Position numbers and translations under genes: made by a program
The notes under the pieces: generated by a model
What the model was told of the DNA's origin: nothing
What the model saw: the letters and a program-made list of their open reading frames with translations, nothing else
Database searches by the model: none
Part shown: positions 38,077 to 47,357 of the stretch, piece by piece
Position numbering within the stretch: the stretch's first letter is position 1
Layout: each line of letters opens with the position of its first letter
DNA from: Thermoanaerobaculia bacterium
Lineage (GTDB): Bacteria > Acidobacteriota > Thermoanaerobaculia > Multivoradales > Multivoraceae
Assembly (NCBI GenBank): GCA_963666565.1
Contig: OY762911.1
Span: 1,312,001 to 1,376,000, forward strand
Direction: 5' to 3'
DNA length: 64,000 nt

Positions 38077-39240
38077 TCAACCGGAACCCTGCACGCCGGC
38101 CGTCGATCTCGTGGCCGACTGAGACCAGCCGGAAGGAGGTCCAGGGCACGAAATCTCGTAACGGAGCGCGCGTCCCCGCCCGGAGGAAACGAGTGCGCCC
38201 ATGTCGCGCAGCGCGGCCAGATCCCGGGTGGCGGTCGCCGGCGAACACCTGGCGATCGATACGTAGTTCCTGGCGGACAGCCCGCCCGCGAACCCGGCCC
38301 GCCCCTGTGCGAAGACGCGGGCGATGACCTTGCGCTGACGCTCGTTCAACCGGTCGCCGTAGCGGTCGTGGAACCGGGTCTTGTCCAGAACGAACGCCAC
38401 TTCGGCCAGGGCGATCTCCTGTGCGTGGACGATGGCGGCGGTGAAGTAGTCGAAGAACCCGCCGAGGTCGAGGTTGCCCCGGCCGACGGCTTCGAGCGCA
38501 TCGTAGTAGCCGTCCCGGCTCGCATCGATGGCGGCCGCCAGGCAGGCGAACGTCGGTCGGCCAAGGGACTGCGAAAGCGCGTGGTCCGAGATCGCGCGGC
38601 CCACGCGCCCGTTGCCGTCCTCGAACGGGTGGATCTTCTCGAACCAGACGTGCGCGACGGCGGCGCGAACCGGTCCGGCGAGCTCCCCGCTGTCGCCGTT
38701 GTACCAGTCCAGGAAGCGCTCCATTTCGGCGGGCACCTGGGCGGCGGGCGGCGCTTCGTAGTGAACGGTGCGCGGCCGGCCCGCACACCGGCCGCTGACG
38801 ATCCGCATCGGCTCGGGATTGTTGCGGTAGGCCCCGCCCATGACCGTGCTCGTCAATCGGTCGACGACGATCAGCGACTGCCAATGGCCCAGCGTGTCGT
38901 GCGACAGCGGGCGATGCCAGTTCCGGCGAACGTCGACGATCAGCTCGGTGGCGCCGGCCGCCCGGTCATCGTGGCGGTGGGCGCCGGGGATCTCGCCGAA
39001 GTGCCTGAGCAGGGAGGAGCGCACGGAATCGCGGTCCAGGCGTTCGCCCTCGATCGCGCTGGTGGCGATCACTTCGGAGAGCATCAGTGCGATCTGTGCG
39101 TCGGTTCGGTAGGCCTGCGACAGCGCTTCGACGCGCCCGGAAAGGCGTTCGGCCGCGCGATGAAACGCCTCGACACGTTCCGGGAACGCGGCCGGGTCGA
39201 AGACGAAGTTCGGCCAGTCGGGGTGTTGCCAGATCCACAT
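38077..39240 (-). CDS. Fic family protein with N-terminal DUF4172
   Basis: MWIWQHPDWPNF, TSAIEGE, HPFEDGNGRVGR, C-terminal wHTH ATATRDL. Confidence 0.95.
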   Translation of the reverse strand: MWIWQHPDWPNFVFDPAAFPERVEAFHRAAERLSGRVEALSQAYRTDAQIALMLSEVIATSAIEGERLDRDSVRSSLLRHFGEIPGAHRHDDRAAGATELIVDVRRNWHRPLSHDTLGHWQSLIVVDRLTSTVMGGAYRNNPEPMRIVSGRCAGRPRTVHYEAPPAAQVPAEMERFLDWYNGDSGELAGPVRAAVAHVWFEKIHPFEDGNGRVGRAISDHALSQSLGRPTFACLAAAIDASRDGYYDALEAVGRGNLDLGGFFDYFTAAIVHAQEIALAEVAFVLDKTRFHDRYGDRLNERQRKVIARVFAQGRAGFAGGLSARNYVSIARCSPATATRDLAALRDMGALVSSGRGRALRYEISCPGPPSGWSQSATRSTAGVQGSG

Positions 39241-39241
39241 G

Positions 39242-39288
39242 TGAGGCGATTCTACTCGCCAATCGCCTCAAGAATCGGCGATTCTTGA
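39242..39288. promoter_or_regulatory. Two overlapping perfect inverted repeats over the fic promoter
   Basis: TGAGGCGATT-N9-AATCGCCTCA and TCAAGAATCG-G-CGATTCTTGA; minus-strand -10 TAGAAT at 39249-39254. Confidence 0.7.
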
Positions 39289-39369
39289 TTTGATTGTCCG
39301 TTGGAATCCCATCGCCCCTGGCGCTTGAAGCGCCGGCGGCTTCCATGGAACTGGCCGCCCACCAACGGA

Positions 39370-39432
39370 GCCGCTTCGCGGCGCGAACTCCTGGCCGCCT
39401 TCGGCGGCAGCGGGTCAGAAGACCCGCGCACC
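39370..39432 (+). repeat. Composite REP-like element
   Basis: GCCGC-TTC-GCGGC, GCCGCC-TTC-GGCGGC, GCGGGTCAGAAGACCCGCGCACC. Confidence 0.8.
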
Positions 39433-39474
39433 GACAGGGTGGCCAGTTCCCCGCGCGCCAGCGCTGGACGCTGT

Positions 39475-40884
39475 CTACCGCTCCGGCGGCCCCAGCAGGG
39501 ACGGCGCCGGCGCCTTGCGGGCGATGGCGCTGTCGATCGCCTTCGGCAGCACGGTGACGATCTTCTCGATCTCCTCCTCGCCGAGGATGAAGGGCGGGCC
39601 GAGGCAGACGACGTCGCGGGCCGGGTCGTTGCCGCCGGGGTAGAAGAAGACGTCCATCGAGAGTCCGGCGGCGGTCACCGCGTTGACGATCGCCAGATCG
39701 GCGGGGAACGGCTCCAGCGTCTCGCGGTCCTGGACGATCTCGATGCCGTAGAGCAGGCCGCGGCCGCGGACTTCGGCGACGTGGGGATGATCGGCGAAGG
39801 TCTCCCGCAGGCGCTCGCCCAGCGCCGCGCCGACGGTGGCGGCGCGTTCGACGAGGTCTTCGTCCTCGAGGATGCGGAGCACCTCGCTGGCCGCGGCGCA
39901 GGCGGGCGAGTGGGCGCCGTAGGTGAAGAACATGACGGAGTCGCCCGCCTCGGCGATGGGCGCGGTGACTTCCTCGCGGGCGCAGATGGCGACCAGGGGC
40001 GCGTAGCCGCCGGTCAGGCCCTTGCCGCCGACCAGGATGTCGGGCACGACGTCCCAGTGGTCCACGCAGAACTTGCGGCCGGTGCGGCCGTAGCCGGTCA
40101 TCACCTCGTCGGCGATCAGGAGCACGCCGTGGCGCCGGCAGATGCGGGCGACCCGCTCCAGGTAATCGCCGGGGGGCACGAGCGCACCGGCGTTCGAGCC
40201 GACGATCGGCTCGACGACAAAGGCCGCGATCTGCTCCGGGCCGATCTCCTCGAACACGCGCTCCACCTCGTCGGCGCAGGCGATGTCGCAGCCGGGATAC
40301 TCCTTGCCCAGCGGACAGCGCATGCAGTAGTGCGCCGGCGGCCGCGGCTGGTCGGTCCGGTCGTCGATCAGCCACGGCTCGAAGCCCGCGCGGCGGCCAT
40401 GGTGTCCGCCCACGGCGAGCGTCGCCATCGTGGCGCCGTGGTAGGAAAGCTGCCGCCCGAACACGCGCCAGCGCTCGGGGCGTCCGGCGGAAAGGTGGTG
40501 CTGGCGGGCGAACCGGATCGCCAGGTCCATCGCCTCGGAGCCGCCGCTGGCGAAGAGGACCCGGTCGATGTCGCCGGGCAGCCAGCGGGTCTTCATGCGG
40601 TGGACCAGGTCCGCCCGCGCCGGGGTCGCGAAGGGAGGCACGATGTAGTCCGTCTGCGCGGCGGCCTCCGCGTAGGCTTCCGCGACTTCGCGGCGGCCGT
40701 GGCCGATGTTGGAGACGATCGCGCCGCCGGCGGCGTCGAGGATCCGGCGACCGTCGGGCGCGATCATGTAGCAGCCTTCGGCGGACGCCACTTCCAGGGG
40801 CGATCTGCCCTGGCCGAGGAAGGGATAGTCGTGGGCGTGCGGGAACGGCACGCCGCTGGACGCTTCGGTATCGGCGGTGGTCAT
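39475..40884 (-). CDS. Class III PLP aminotransferase
   Basis: SGGSEA, YHGAT, DEVMTGYGRTG, GKGLTGGY. Confidence 0.93.
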   Translation of the reverse strand: MTTADTEASSGVPFPHAHDYPFLGQGRSPLEVASAEGCYMIAPDGRRILDAAGGAIVSNIGHGRREVAEAYAEAAAQTDYIVPPFATPARADLVHRMKTRWLPGDIDRVLFASGGSEAMDLAIRFARQHHLSAGRPERWRVFGRQLSYHGATMATLAVGGHHGRRAGFEPWLIDDRTDQPRPPAHYCMRCPLGKEYPGCDIACADEVERVFEEIGPEQIAAFVVEPIVGSNAGALVPPGDYLERVARICRRHGVLLIADEVMTGYGRTGRKFCVDHWDVVPDILVGGKGLTGGYAPLVAICAREEVTAPIAEAGDSVMFFTYGAHSPACAAASEVLRILEDEDLVERAATVGAALGERLRETFADHPHVAEVRGRGLLYGIEIVQDRETLEPFPADLAIVNAVTAAGLSMDVFFYPGGNDPARDVVCLGPPFILGEEEIEKIVTVLPKAIDSAIARKAPAPSLLGPPER

Positions 40885-41060
40885 GGGTTGAGACTAGCGC
40901 TACAGCGGGTCGGCACCCGGCTGGCGCGTCCCTGCGCCGGCCGCGTCACAGCCCGAGCGCCCGTCTTCGGGCGGTCGGATGTCAGACCCGCGCACCCGGC
41001 GGCACGGCGCCTTGTAGACTGCCGGCCGGCCCCGGCGGCTCTTCGGCGGTTCGCGACGCG

Positions 41061-41654
41061 ATGAACGGAATCCACGACATGGGCGGCATGCACGGCTTCG
41101 GGGCTGTGGAGCGCCGCCGGGACGAGGTCCTGTTCCCGGAGGCCTGGCAGGGCCGCGTCTGCGCCCTCGCCGGGTACGCGATGGGCGCCGGGCTGGCGAA
41201 CATCGACGCCTTCCGGCACGCGATCGAGCGGATGCCGGCGGACCGCTACCTCGCCGACGGCTACTACGGGCGCTGGCTCTACGCGCTGGAGACGCTGGTG
41301 CGGGAACGGCTTGAGGGCGAGAGCGTGCCCGAACGGCCCGAGCACGTGGGATCGGTGGCCCGCGAGGTCGACCGGGAACCCCGGCTCGCGGTCGGCGACG
41401 CGGTGCGCACCTGGAACCGGCACCCCGAAGGCCATACGCGCCTTCCGGGCTACGCGCGGAACCGTCGCGGCACGGTCGCCGACGTGCATCCGGCGTGCGT
41501 CTATCCCGACACGAACGCGGACGGGCGGGGCGAGTCGCCGGAGTACCTCTACACCGTCGGCTTCGAGAGCCGGGAACTCTGGGGCGAGGAGGCGGAGGCC
41601 GGCGCCACCGTCTACATCGATCTGTTCGAGCCGTATCTGGAGAAGCTCGCATGA
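41061..41654 (+). CDS. nthB: Nitrile hydratase beta subunit
   Basis: MNGIHDMGGMHGFG, FRHAIERM, GHTRLPGY, DLFEPYL. Confidence 0.92.
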   Translation: MNGIHDMGGMHGFGAVERRRDEVLFPEAWQGRVCALAGYAMGAGLANIDAFRHAIERMPADRYLADGYYGRWLYALETLVRERLEGESVPERPEHVGSVAREVDREPRLAVGDAVRTWNRHPEGHTRLPGYARNRRGTVADVHPACVYPDTNADGRGESPEYLYTVGFESRELWGEEAEAGATVYIDLFEPYLEKLA

Positions 41655-42229
41655 CTATCGATTCGCCGGAGATCCGCACCGAGGCGATCGAGGCCCTGCT
41701 CGTGGAGAAGGGCCTGGTCCAGTCCGCCGCCGTCGACGCCCTGGTCGAGCGCTACGAGCAGGACATCGGGCCGCTGCGCGGCGCCCGCGTGGTCGCCGAA
41801 GCCTGGACCGATCCGGCCTTCAGGGCGCGGCTGCTCGAGGACGGCATGCCGGCGATCCGCGAGTTGGGCTTCGGCGACAACACGGACTCCCACGTCGCCC
41901 GCCTGGTGGTCAAGGAGAACACGGACTCGGTCCACAACCTCGTCGTCTGCACGCTCTGCTCGTGCTACCCGTGGGCGGTGCTCGGACTGCCGCCGGCCTG
42001 GTACAAGTCGCCCGCCTACCGGTCGCGGGCGGTGCGCGAACCGCGGCGTCTGCTCGCCGAACTCGGGCTCGACCTGCCGCCGGAGGTCGAAGTGCGGGTC
42101 TGGGACTCCAGCGCCGAGGTGCGCTACATGGTCCTGCCGCAGCGGCCGCCGGACACGGACGGCCTGGACGTCGAGGAACTGACCGGCCTCGTCAGCCGCG
42201 ACTCGATGATCGGCGTCGAGCGCCCGTAG
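41651..42229 (+). CDS. nthA: Nitrile hydratase alpha subunit, cobalt type
   Basis: VCTLCSCY metal motif; WYKSPAYRSR. Confidence 0.96.
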   Translation: MTIDSPEIRTEAIEALLVEKGLVQSAAVDALVERYEQDIGPLRGARVVAEAWTDPAFRARLLEDGMPAIRELGFGDNTDSHVARLVVKENTDSVHNLVVCTLCSCYPWAVLGLPPAWYKSPAYRSRAVREPRRLLAELGLDLPPEVEVRVWDSSAEVRYMVLPQRPPDTDGLDVEELTGLVSRDSMIGVERP

Positions 42230-42237
42230 CGCGCGAC

Positions 42238-42675
42238 ATGAACCTTCCGGTCCGCCTGGACGAGGACGGTGCCGCCGCGCCCCCGCGCGAGAACGGCGAA
42301 CTGGCCTTCGAGGCGCCGTGGGAGAGCCGCCTGTTCGGCCTGACGATGGCGCTGGTCGAGGCCGGCCGGCTCGACTGGGAGGCCTTCCGCGAGCGGCTGA
42401 TCGCCGCCGTCGCGGCCTGGGAACGGCGGGCCGAGCGCGGCGCCCGTCACACCGGGGCGGTGGCGGCGAGGGAACCTTGGGACTACTGGCAACGCTGGCG
42501 GGAGGCGCTGGAGGCCTCGCTTGCGGCCGAAGACCTGGTGAGCCGACCGGAAATCGATGCCCTGACCTGCCGGCTGGCGGATCGGCCGCACGGTCACGAC
42601 CACGACTACCATCCGCATGAGCCCATGCACCACGAGCCCCTGCACAAATGGAGCGGCGGCGGACGCCGCGAGTGA
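42238..42675 (+). CDS. Nitrile hydratase accessory protein (P14K/NhlE-like) with His-rich tail
   Basis: PPRENGELAFEAPWESRLF, YWQRWREALE, HGHDHDYH. Confidence 0.85.
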   Translation: MNLPVRLDEDGAAAPPRENGELAFEAPWESRLFGLTMALVEAGRLDWEAFRERLIAAVAAWERRAERGARHTGAVAAREPWDYWQRWREALEASLAAEDLVSRPEIDALTCRLADRPHGHDHDYHPHEPMHHEPLHKWSGGGRRE

Positions 42676-42701
42676 TCGGGCCCTTCCGGGGAGATCGACC
42701 A

Positions 42702-43571
42702 ATGACAGCTCAACTCCTTGCAGGCGGTCCGGTGGCCGAGGCCGTGCTGGCCGAGGTCGGGTCCGAGGTCGCGCGACTCCGCGAGGCGGGCGTGCGGCCC
42801 GGTTTGGGCACCATTCTGGTCGGCGACGACGCGGCCTCGGCCGGCTACGTCCGCAAGAAGCACGAAACCTGCGAGCAGGTCGGCGTCGCCTCGTTCCATG
42901 AGCAGGTAGCGGCGGACGCCGGCCAGGAGGAGCTTCTTGCCGCCGTCGACCGCTTCAACGCGGACCCGGAAGTCGACGCCTACATCATCCAGCACCCGGT
43001 GCCGTCCGGCTTCGACTTCAACGAGGCCCTGGCGCGCATGGATCCGAAGAAGGACGCCGACGGCCTGCATCCGGTGAACCTGGGCAAGCTGGTGCTGCAG
43101 GAGAAGGGCCCGGTGCCCTGTACGCCGGCCGGCATCCAGGCGATGCTCCTGCACTACGGGATCGACGTGAGCGGCCGCGAGGTGGTCGTCCTGGGCCGGG
43201 GCCCGACTCTCGGACGGCCGCTGGCGCTGCTGCTGACGCTGAAGCAGCCGGGCGCGAACGCCGTCGTCACCGTCGTGCATACCGGCGCGAGCGACGTGAC
43301 TCCGTTCACCCGCCGCGCCGACATCGTGGTCGCTGCCCTTGGCGTGCCGCGCTTCGTCAAGCCGGAGATGATCGGGCCGGGCGCGGTCGTCGTCAGCGGC
43401 GGCATCAGTTGGGAGGGCAGGAAGCTGCTGCCCGACGTCGACGAGTCGGTGGCCGAGGTGGCGAGCTGGATCACCCCGCGGCTCGGCGGCGTCGGCCCGA
43501 CGACGGTGGCGATGCTGCTGCGGAACACGGTGCTCGCGGCCGCGGATCGGCCAGCGACGGAGGGAGGCTGA
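42702..43571 (+). CDS. folD: Methylene-THF dehydrogenase/cyclohydrolase
   Basis: YVRKK, KDADGLHP, PCTPAG, TP..GGVGP.T. Confidence 0.93.
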   Translation: MTAQLLAGGPVAEAVLAEVGSEVARLREAGVRPGLGTILVGDDAASAGYVRKKHETCEQVGVASFHEQVAADAGQEELLAAVDRFNADPEVDAYIIQHPVPSGFDFNEALARMDPKKDADGLHPVNLGKLVLQEKGPVPCTPAGIQAMLLHYGIDVSGREVVVLGRGPTLGRPLALLLTLKQPGANAVVTVVHTGASDVTPFTRRADIVVAALGVPRFVKPEMIGPGAVVVSGGISWEGRKLLPDVDESVAEVASWITPRLGGVGPTTVAMLLRNTVLAAADRPATEGG

Positions 43572-43572
43572 G

Positions 43573-45852
43573 ATGGCGCTGCGGAGACGCCGGCGCACCC
43601 GGTTTGCGCCGCAGAAGCTGCTGGTCGGGGCCTTGCCGCTCCTGCTAGCCGCGCCAGCGTTTCCGCAAGACTTGATCGGCTTCCATCCCGACCGCGTCGA
43701 AGCGCAGCGCGAGATGGAGCGGCGCGCCGACGAGCGGATCGTCGCGGACGAGCTGCTCGAGTGGAACCGGCTGATGACGCCGCGGCCTCACCACGCCGGG
43801 GCGCCGCAGACGGAGGCGAACGCGCGCTGGATGGTCGAGCGGTTCAGGGAGTGGGGCTTCGAAGCCGAGATCGAGACCTTCGACGTCCTCTTCCCGACGC
43901 CGCGGCTGCGGTCGCTGACCCTGCTCGAACCGACTCGCTTCGAGGCGTCGCTCGTCGAGGAACCGGCCCCGGGCGACGGCACCGCGGAGATCGCGGCGGC
44001 CGAAGGGTTGCCGCCCTTCAACGCCTTCTCGGCCGACGGCGACGTGACCGGGGAGCTGGTCTACGTCAACCGGGGCGTGCCCGAGGACTACGAGGTGCTG
44101 GAGCGGCTGGGAATCGACGTCCGGGGGAAGATCGTGATCGTTCGCTACGGCGGCTCCTGGCGCGGAATCAAGCCGAAGGTCGCCTGGGAGCGCGGCGCGA
44201 TCGGATGCCTCATCTTCAACGATCCTGGCGACGACGGCTACAGCCAGGGCGCCGGGTATCCGGACGGCTCGTTCAAGCACGCGAGCGCGGTGCAGCGGGG
44301 CTCGGTGCTCGACCTGCCGCTCCGCCCCGGCGATCCGCTGACCCCGATGCGGGGCGCCGTCGACGGCGAGCCGCGGCTCGCTCGGGAGGACGCGGAAACT
44401 CTGATGCGAATCCCCGTGCTGCCGATCGCCTGGCGGGACGCCCGGCCCCTGCTCGAGGCGCTGGGAGGCGAGACCGCGCCGCGGGAGTGGCGCGGCGGCC
44501 TGCCGATCACCTACCGGATCGGCCCGGGTCCCGCCCGGGTTCGGCTCCAGCTCGAGTTCGACTGGAGTCTGGCGCCGGCGCACAACGTGATCGCCCGCAT
44601 GGCCGGCGCGGAGAGGCCGGACCAGTGGATCCTGCGCGGCAACCACCACGACGCCTGGGTCATCGGCGCCCGCGATCCCATCAGCGGCCTGGCCGGCCTG
44701 ATGGCCGAGGCGAAGGCGCTCGGACAGCTGGCCCGGGAAGGCCACCCGCCGCGGCGCACGGTCGTTTACGCCGCCTGGGACGCCGAGGAGCCGGGTCTGC
44801 TCGGCTCGACCGAGTGGGCCGAGCACCACGCCGAGGCCCTGCGCGAGCACGGGGCCGTCTACATCAACTCGGACTCGAACAGCCGCGGCTTCCTGCGCGC
44901 GGGCGGCTCGCACGCCCTGGAAACCCTGGTCAACCAGGTAGCGGGGGAGGTCGAGGACCCGCAGACGGGCGTCAGCGTGGGCGAGCGTCTGCTCGCGTTC
45001 CGGCGGGTTAGCGGCAGCCGCGCCGAGTACGAGCGGCTCCAGTCGTCCGGCCGGCTTCGCATCGCCGCCCTGGGTTCGGGCTCGGACTACTCGCCGTTCC
45101 TCCAGCACCTCGGCGTGTCGTCGCTGAACGTCGGCTACGGCGGCGAAGGGGTCGGCGGCGAGTACCACACCGCCTTCGACACCTTCGACTTCTTCCGCCG
45201 CTTCGTCGACCCGGGCGCCGTGTACGGCGCCGCGCTCGCCCGCACCGGACTCCGCCTGACGCTGCGGCTTGCGAACGCCGACGTGCTCCCGTTCGAGTTC
45301 GGGACCACCGCTTCGACCGCCGGGCGCTACGTCGACGAGGTCGCGGACCTGGCTGACGAGGAGCGTCGCGAGATCGAGCGCGAGAACGAGCTTCTCGAGA
45401 GCGCCGCGCTGCGCCTGGCGGCCGACCCGACCGGGCCGTTCGTCGAGCCGGAGGCGACGCCGCCGGCGCCGCACCTGAGCTTCGCGCCGCTCAGGAACGC
45501 GCACGATCGTCTCTCACGGGCCGCGAAGGCGGCCGACCGCGCCCTGGCGGAGGCGGCGCGGAGCGGGGACGCGGCCGTCCAGGAGGCGCTCGACCGGCTG
45601 GTCGCCGGGAGCGAACGCCGGCTGACGCGGGACCACGGCCTGCCGCGGAGGCCATGGTTCCGGCACCACCTCTACGCGCCGGGCATGTACACCGGCTACG
45701 GCGTGAAGACGCTGCCGGGCGTGCGGGAGGCGATCGAGCAGCGCGACTGGGACGAGGCCCAGGAGCAGATCGGCATCCTGGCCGAGGTTCTGGCCGCCTT
45801 CGCGGACCAGTTGGAGCAGGTGGCGCGGGCTACGGGACCTTCGGAACCGTAG
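43573..45852 (+). CDS. M28B glutamate carboxypeptidase II-like peptidase (PA and TFR-dimer domains)
   Basis: GNHHDAW, WDAEE.GL.GSTEW, GSGSDY, YHT; signal peptide. Confidence 0.92.
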   Translation: MALRRRRRTRFAPQKLLVGALPLLLAAPAFPQDLIGFHPDRVEAQREMERRADERIVADELLEWNRLMTPRPHHAGAPQTEANARWMVERFREWGFEAEIETFDVLFPTPRLRSLTLLEPTRFEASLVEEPAPGDGTAEIAAAEGLPPFNAFSADGDVTGELVYVNRGVPEDYEVLERLGIDVRGKIVIVRYGGSWRGIKPKVAWERGAIGCLIFNDPGDDGYSQGAGYPDGSFKHASAVQRGSVLDLPLRPGDPLTPMRGAVDGEPRLAREDAETLMRIPVLPIAWRDARPLLEALGGETAPREWRGGLPITYRIGPGPARVRLQLEFDWSLAPAHNVIARMAGAERPDQWILRGNHHDAWVIGARDPISGLAGLMAEAKALGQLAREGHPPRRTVVYAAWDAEEPGLLGSTEWAEHHAEALREHGAVYINSDSNSRGFLRAGGSHALETLVNQVAGEVEDPQTGVSVGERLLAFRRVSGSRAEYERLQSSGRLRIAALGSGSDYSPFLQHLGVSSLNVGYGGEGVGGEYHTAFDTFDFFRRFVDPGAVYGAALARTGLRLTLRLANADVLPFEFGTTASTAGRYVDEVADLADEERREIERENELLESAALRLAADPTGPFVEPEATPPAPHLSFAPLRNAHDRLSRAAKAADRALAEAARSGDAAVQEALDRLVAGSERRLTRDHGLPRRPWFRHHLYAPGMYTGYGVKTLPGVREAIEQRDWDEAQEQIGILAEVLAAFADQLEQVARATGPSEP

Positions 45853-45887
45853 CCCGGCCACCTGAGAGCCGGCGGCAGCGGGTCGAC

Positions 45888-46991
45888 TTACGCGGCCGCC
45901 GAACGAACTGAGGAGCGCAGGATGTTGTAGCCGGTCGCGTCCACGCGGCCGCGGCTGGCAACGTCCCGCTCGATGTCCCGGGCCCAGGCGCCCTCGGCGG
46001 CGCGCGGCCCGGCGATCAGGGACAGGATCTCGGAACCGAAGCCCGAGCCGTAGGAGAAGGCCGCGACCTGCTCGCCGACGTCCAGCCCGCGGAGCGCGTT
46101 CGCCACCGCGATCCACAGCGACGCGGTGTACGAGTTGCCGGACAGCCGGTTCCAGTTCATCGACGGCTCGACCTTGTCCCGGTAAATCTGCTGGATCCGC
46201 TCGGCCGACCAGCCGGCGACTTCGCCGACGAGGTGGAAGGCCTTGCTGACCATCTTCGGGAACGGCACGTGGAAGCAGATCGCCGAGAACTGCTCCAGCA
46301 CCTCGGCCGGGTTCTCGCCCCTGGTCAGCGCGGAGAAGCACTCCTGGGCGGCCTTCTTGTAGCACTCCAGGCTCAGCTTGCCGTCGACCCGCGGGTAGGA
46401 CTCGCCGACCGGACGGTAGAAGTCGAACGCCGGCTGGCTCCAGGCATGGGACTCGACCCCGACCGAGGCGATCTCGGGGCGCTCCACGACGAAGGCGACG
46501 GCGCCGGCGCCCTGGGTCGGCTCGCCGGGGTCGCCCTGCTCGTAGAGGGCGATGTCGGCGGCGAGGACGAGGGCGGCCTTGTCGCGGGCGGCGCCGGACA
46601 TGCGCCACTCGCAGGCCTGGCGCAGCGCGAGTGTGCCGCCGTAGCAGGCGTGCTTGACCTCGTAGGAGCGGATGTTCCCGGCGAGGCCGAGCTCCTCGGC
46701 CACGAAGGCGGAGAGCGGCCGGCTCATGTCGACGGCGGTCTCCGTGCCGACGGCGATCATGCCGATGTCCTCGACGTCGCCGTCCCAGCGCGACAGGGCG
46801 CGACGGGCGGCTTCGGAAGCGAGGTCCACGATGCCGAACTCCGGCGGGCAGAGAGAGATCTCGGAGCAGCCGAGCCCGATCCGGTACTTGTCCGGGTCGA
46901 CGCCGCGGAGCGACGCGAGCTCTTCGACCGGCATGGCGAGCGGCGGCAGGTGCAGTCCGATGGAGGCGATTCCTGTCTCGATCCTGGTCAT
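45888..46991 (-). CDS. HMG-CoA synthase family protein
   Basis: GTETAVD, KHACYGGT, GEPTQGAGAVA, FHVPF, GNSYTAS, FSYGSG. Confidence 0.9.
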   Translation of the reverse strand: MTRIETGIASIGLHLPPLAMPVEELASLRGVDPDKYRIGLGCSEISLCPPEFGIVDLASEAARRALSRWDGDVEDIGMIAVGTETAVDMSRPLSAFVAEELGLAGNIRSYEVKHACYGGTLALRQACEWRMSGAARDKAALVLAADIALYEQGDPGEPTQGAGAVAFVVERPEIASVGVESHAWSQPAFDFYRPVGESYPRVDGKLSLECYKKAAQECFSALTRGENPAEVLEQFSAICFHVPFPKMVSKAFHLVGEVAGWSAERIQQIYRDKVEPSMNWNRLSGNSYTASLWIAVANALRGLDVGEQVAAFSYGSGFGSEILSLIAGPRAAEGAWARDIERDVASRGRVDATGYNILRSSVRSAAA

Positions 46992-47219
46992 GTCGTTTCC
47001 TCGTTGAAGCGGGAGGCTGGACGGCTGCCTCGCTGGCGACGGGCCGGGGCGAAGTGTCGCCGGTGCGGTCAGTACGAAAACAAAAGCAGGAGGACCGTAG
47101 CACAGGAAAGTGGCCCTGATGCGGTTTTTCTTTTTGAAACATGCCTGAACTGTTGGAACTTTCAGGAATCCGTGAACGCTCCGCGCCGGCGGCCACGTAC
47201 CGGGTGCGCCGGCGTGCCA

Positions 47220-47277
47220 TTCGTGCGCCCGGTTACGGGCGCACGAACTGGTTCGCATGTGGCGCGGGCCGCGCCAC
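47220..47277. terminator. Two strong hairpins (putative terminator)
   Basis: TTCGTGCGCCCG-GTTA-CGGGCGCACGAA and GTGGCGCG-GGC-CGCGCCAC downstream of the FGE gene; no clear U tract. Confidence 0.45.
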
Positions 47278-47357
47278 CTGGGTTCCCGCCGGCTGCCGCC
47301 GGAGGCGGCCAGGAACGCGCCCGCGAGCGGCGACGATCGCGCGCTGCGTTCAGGCGC

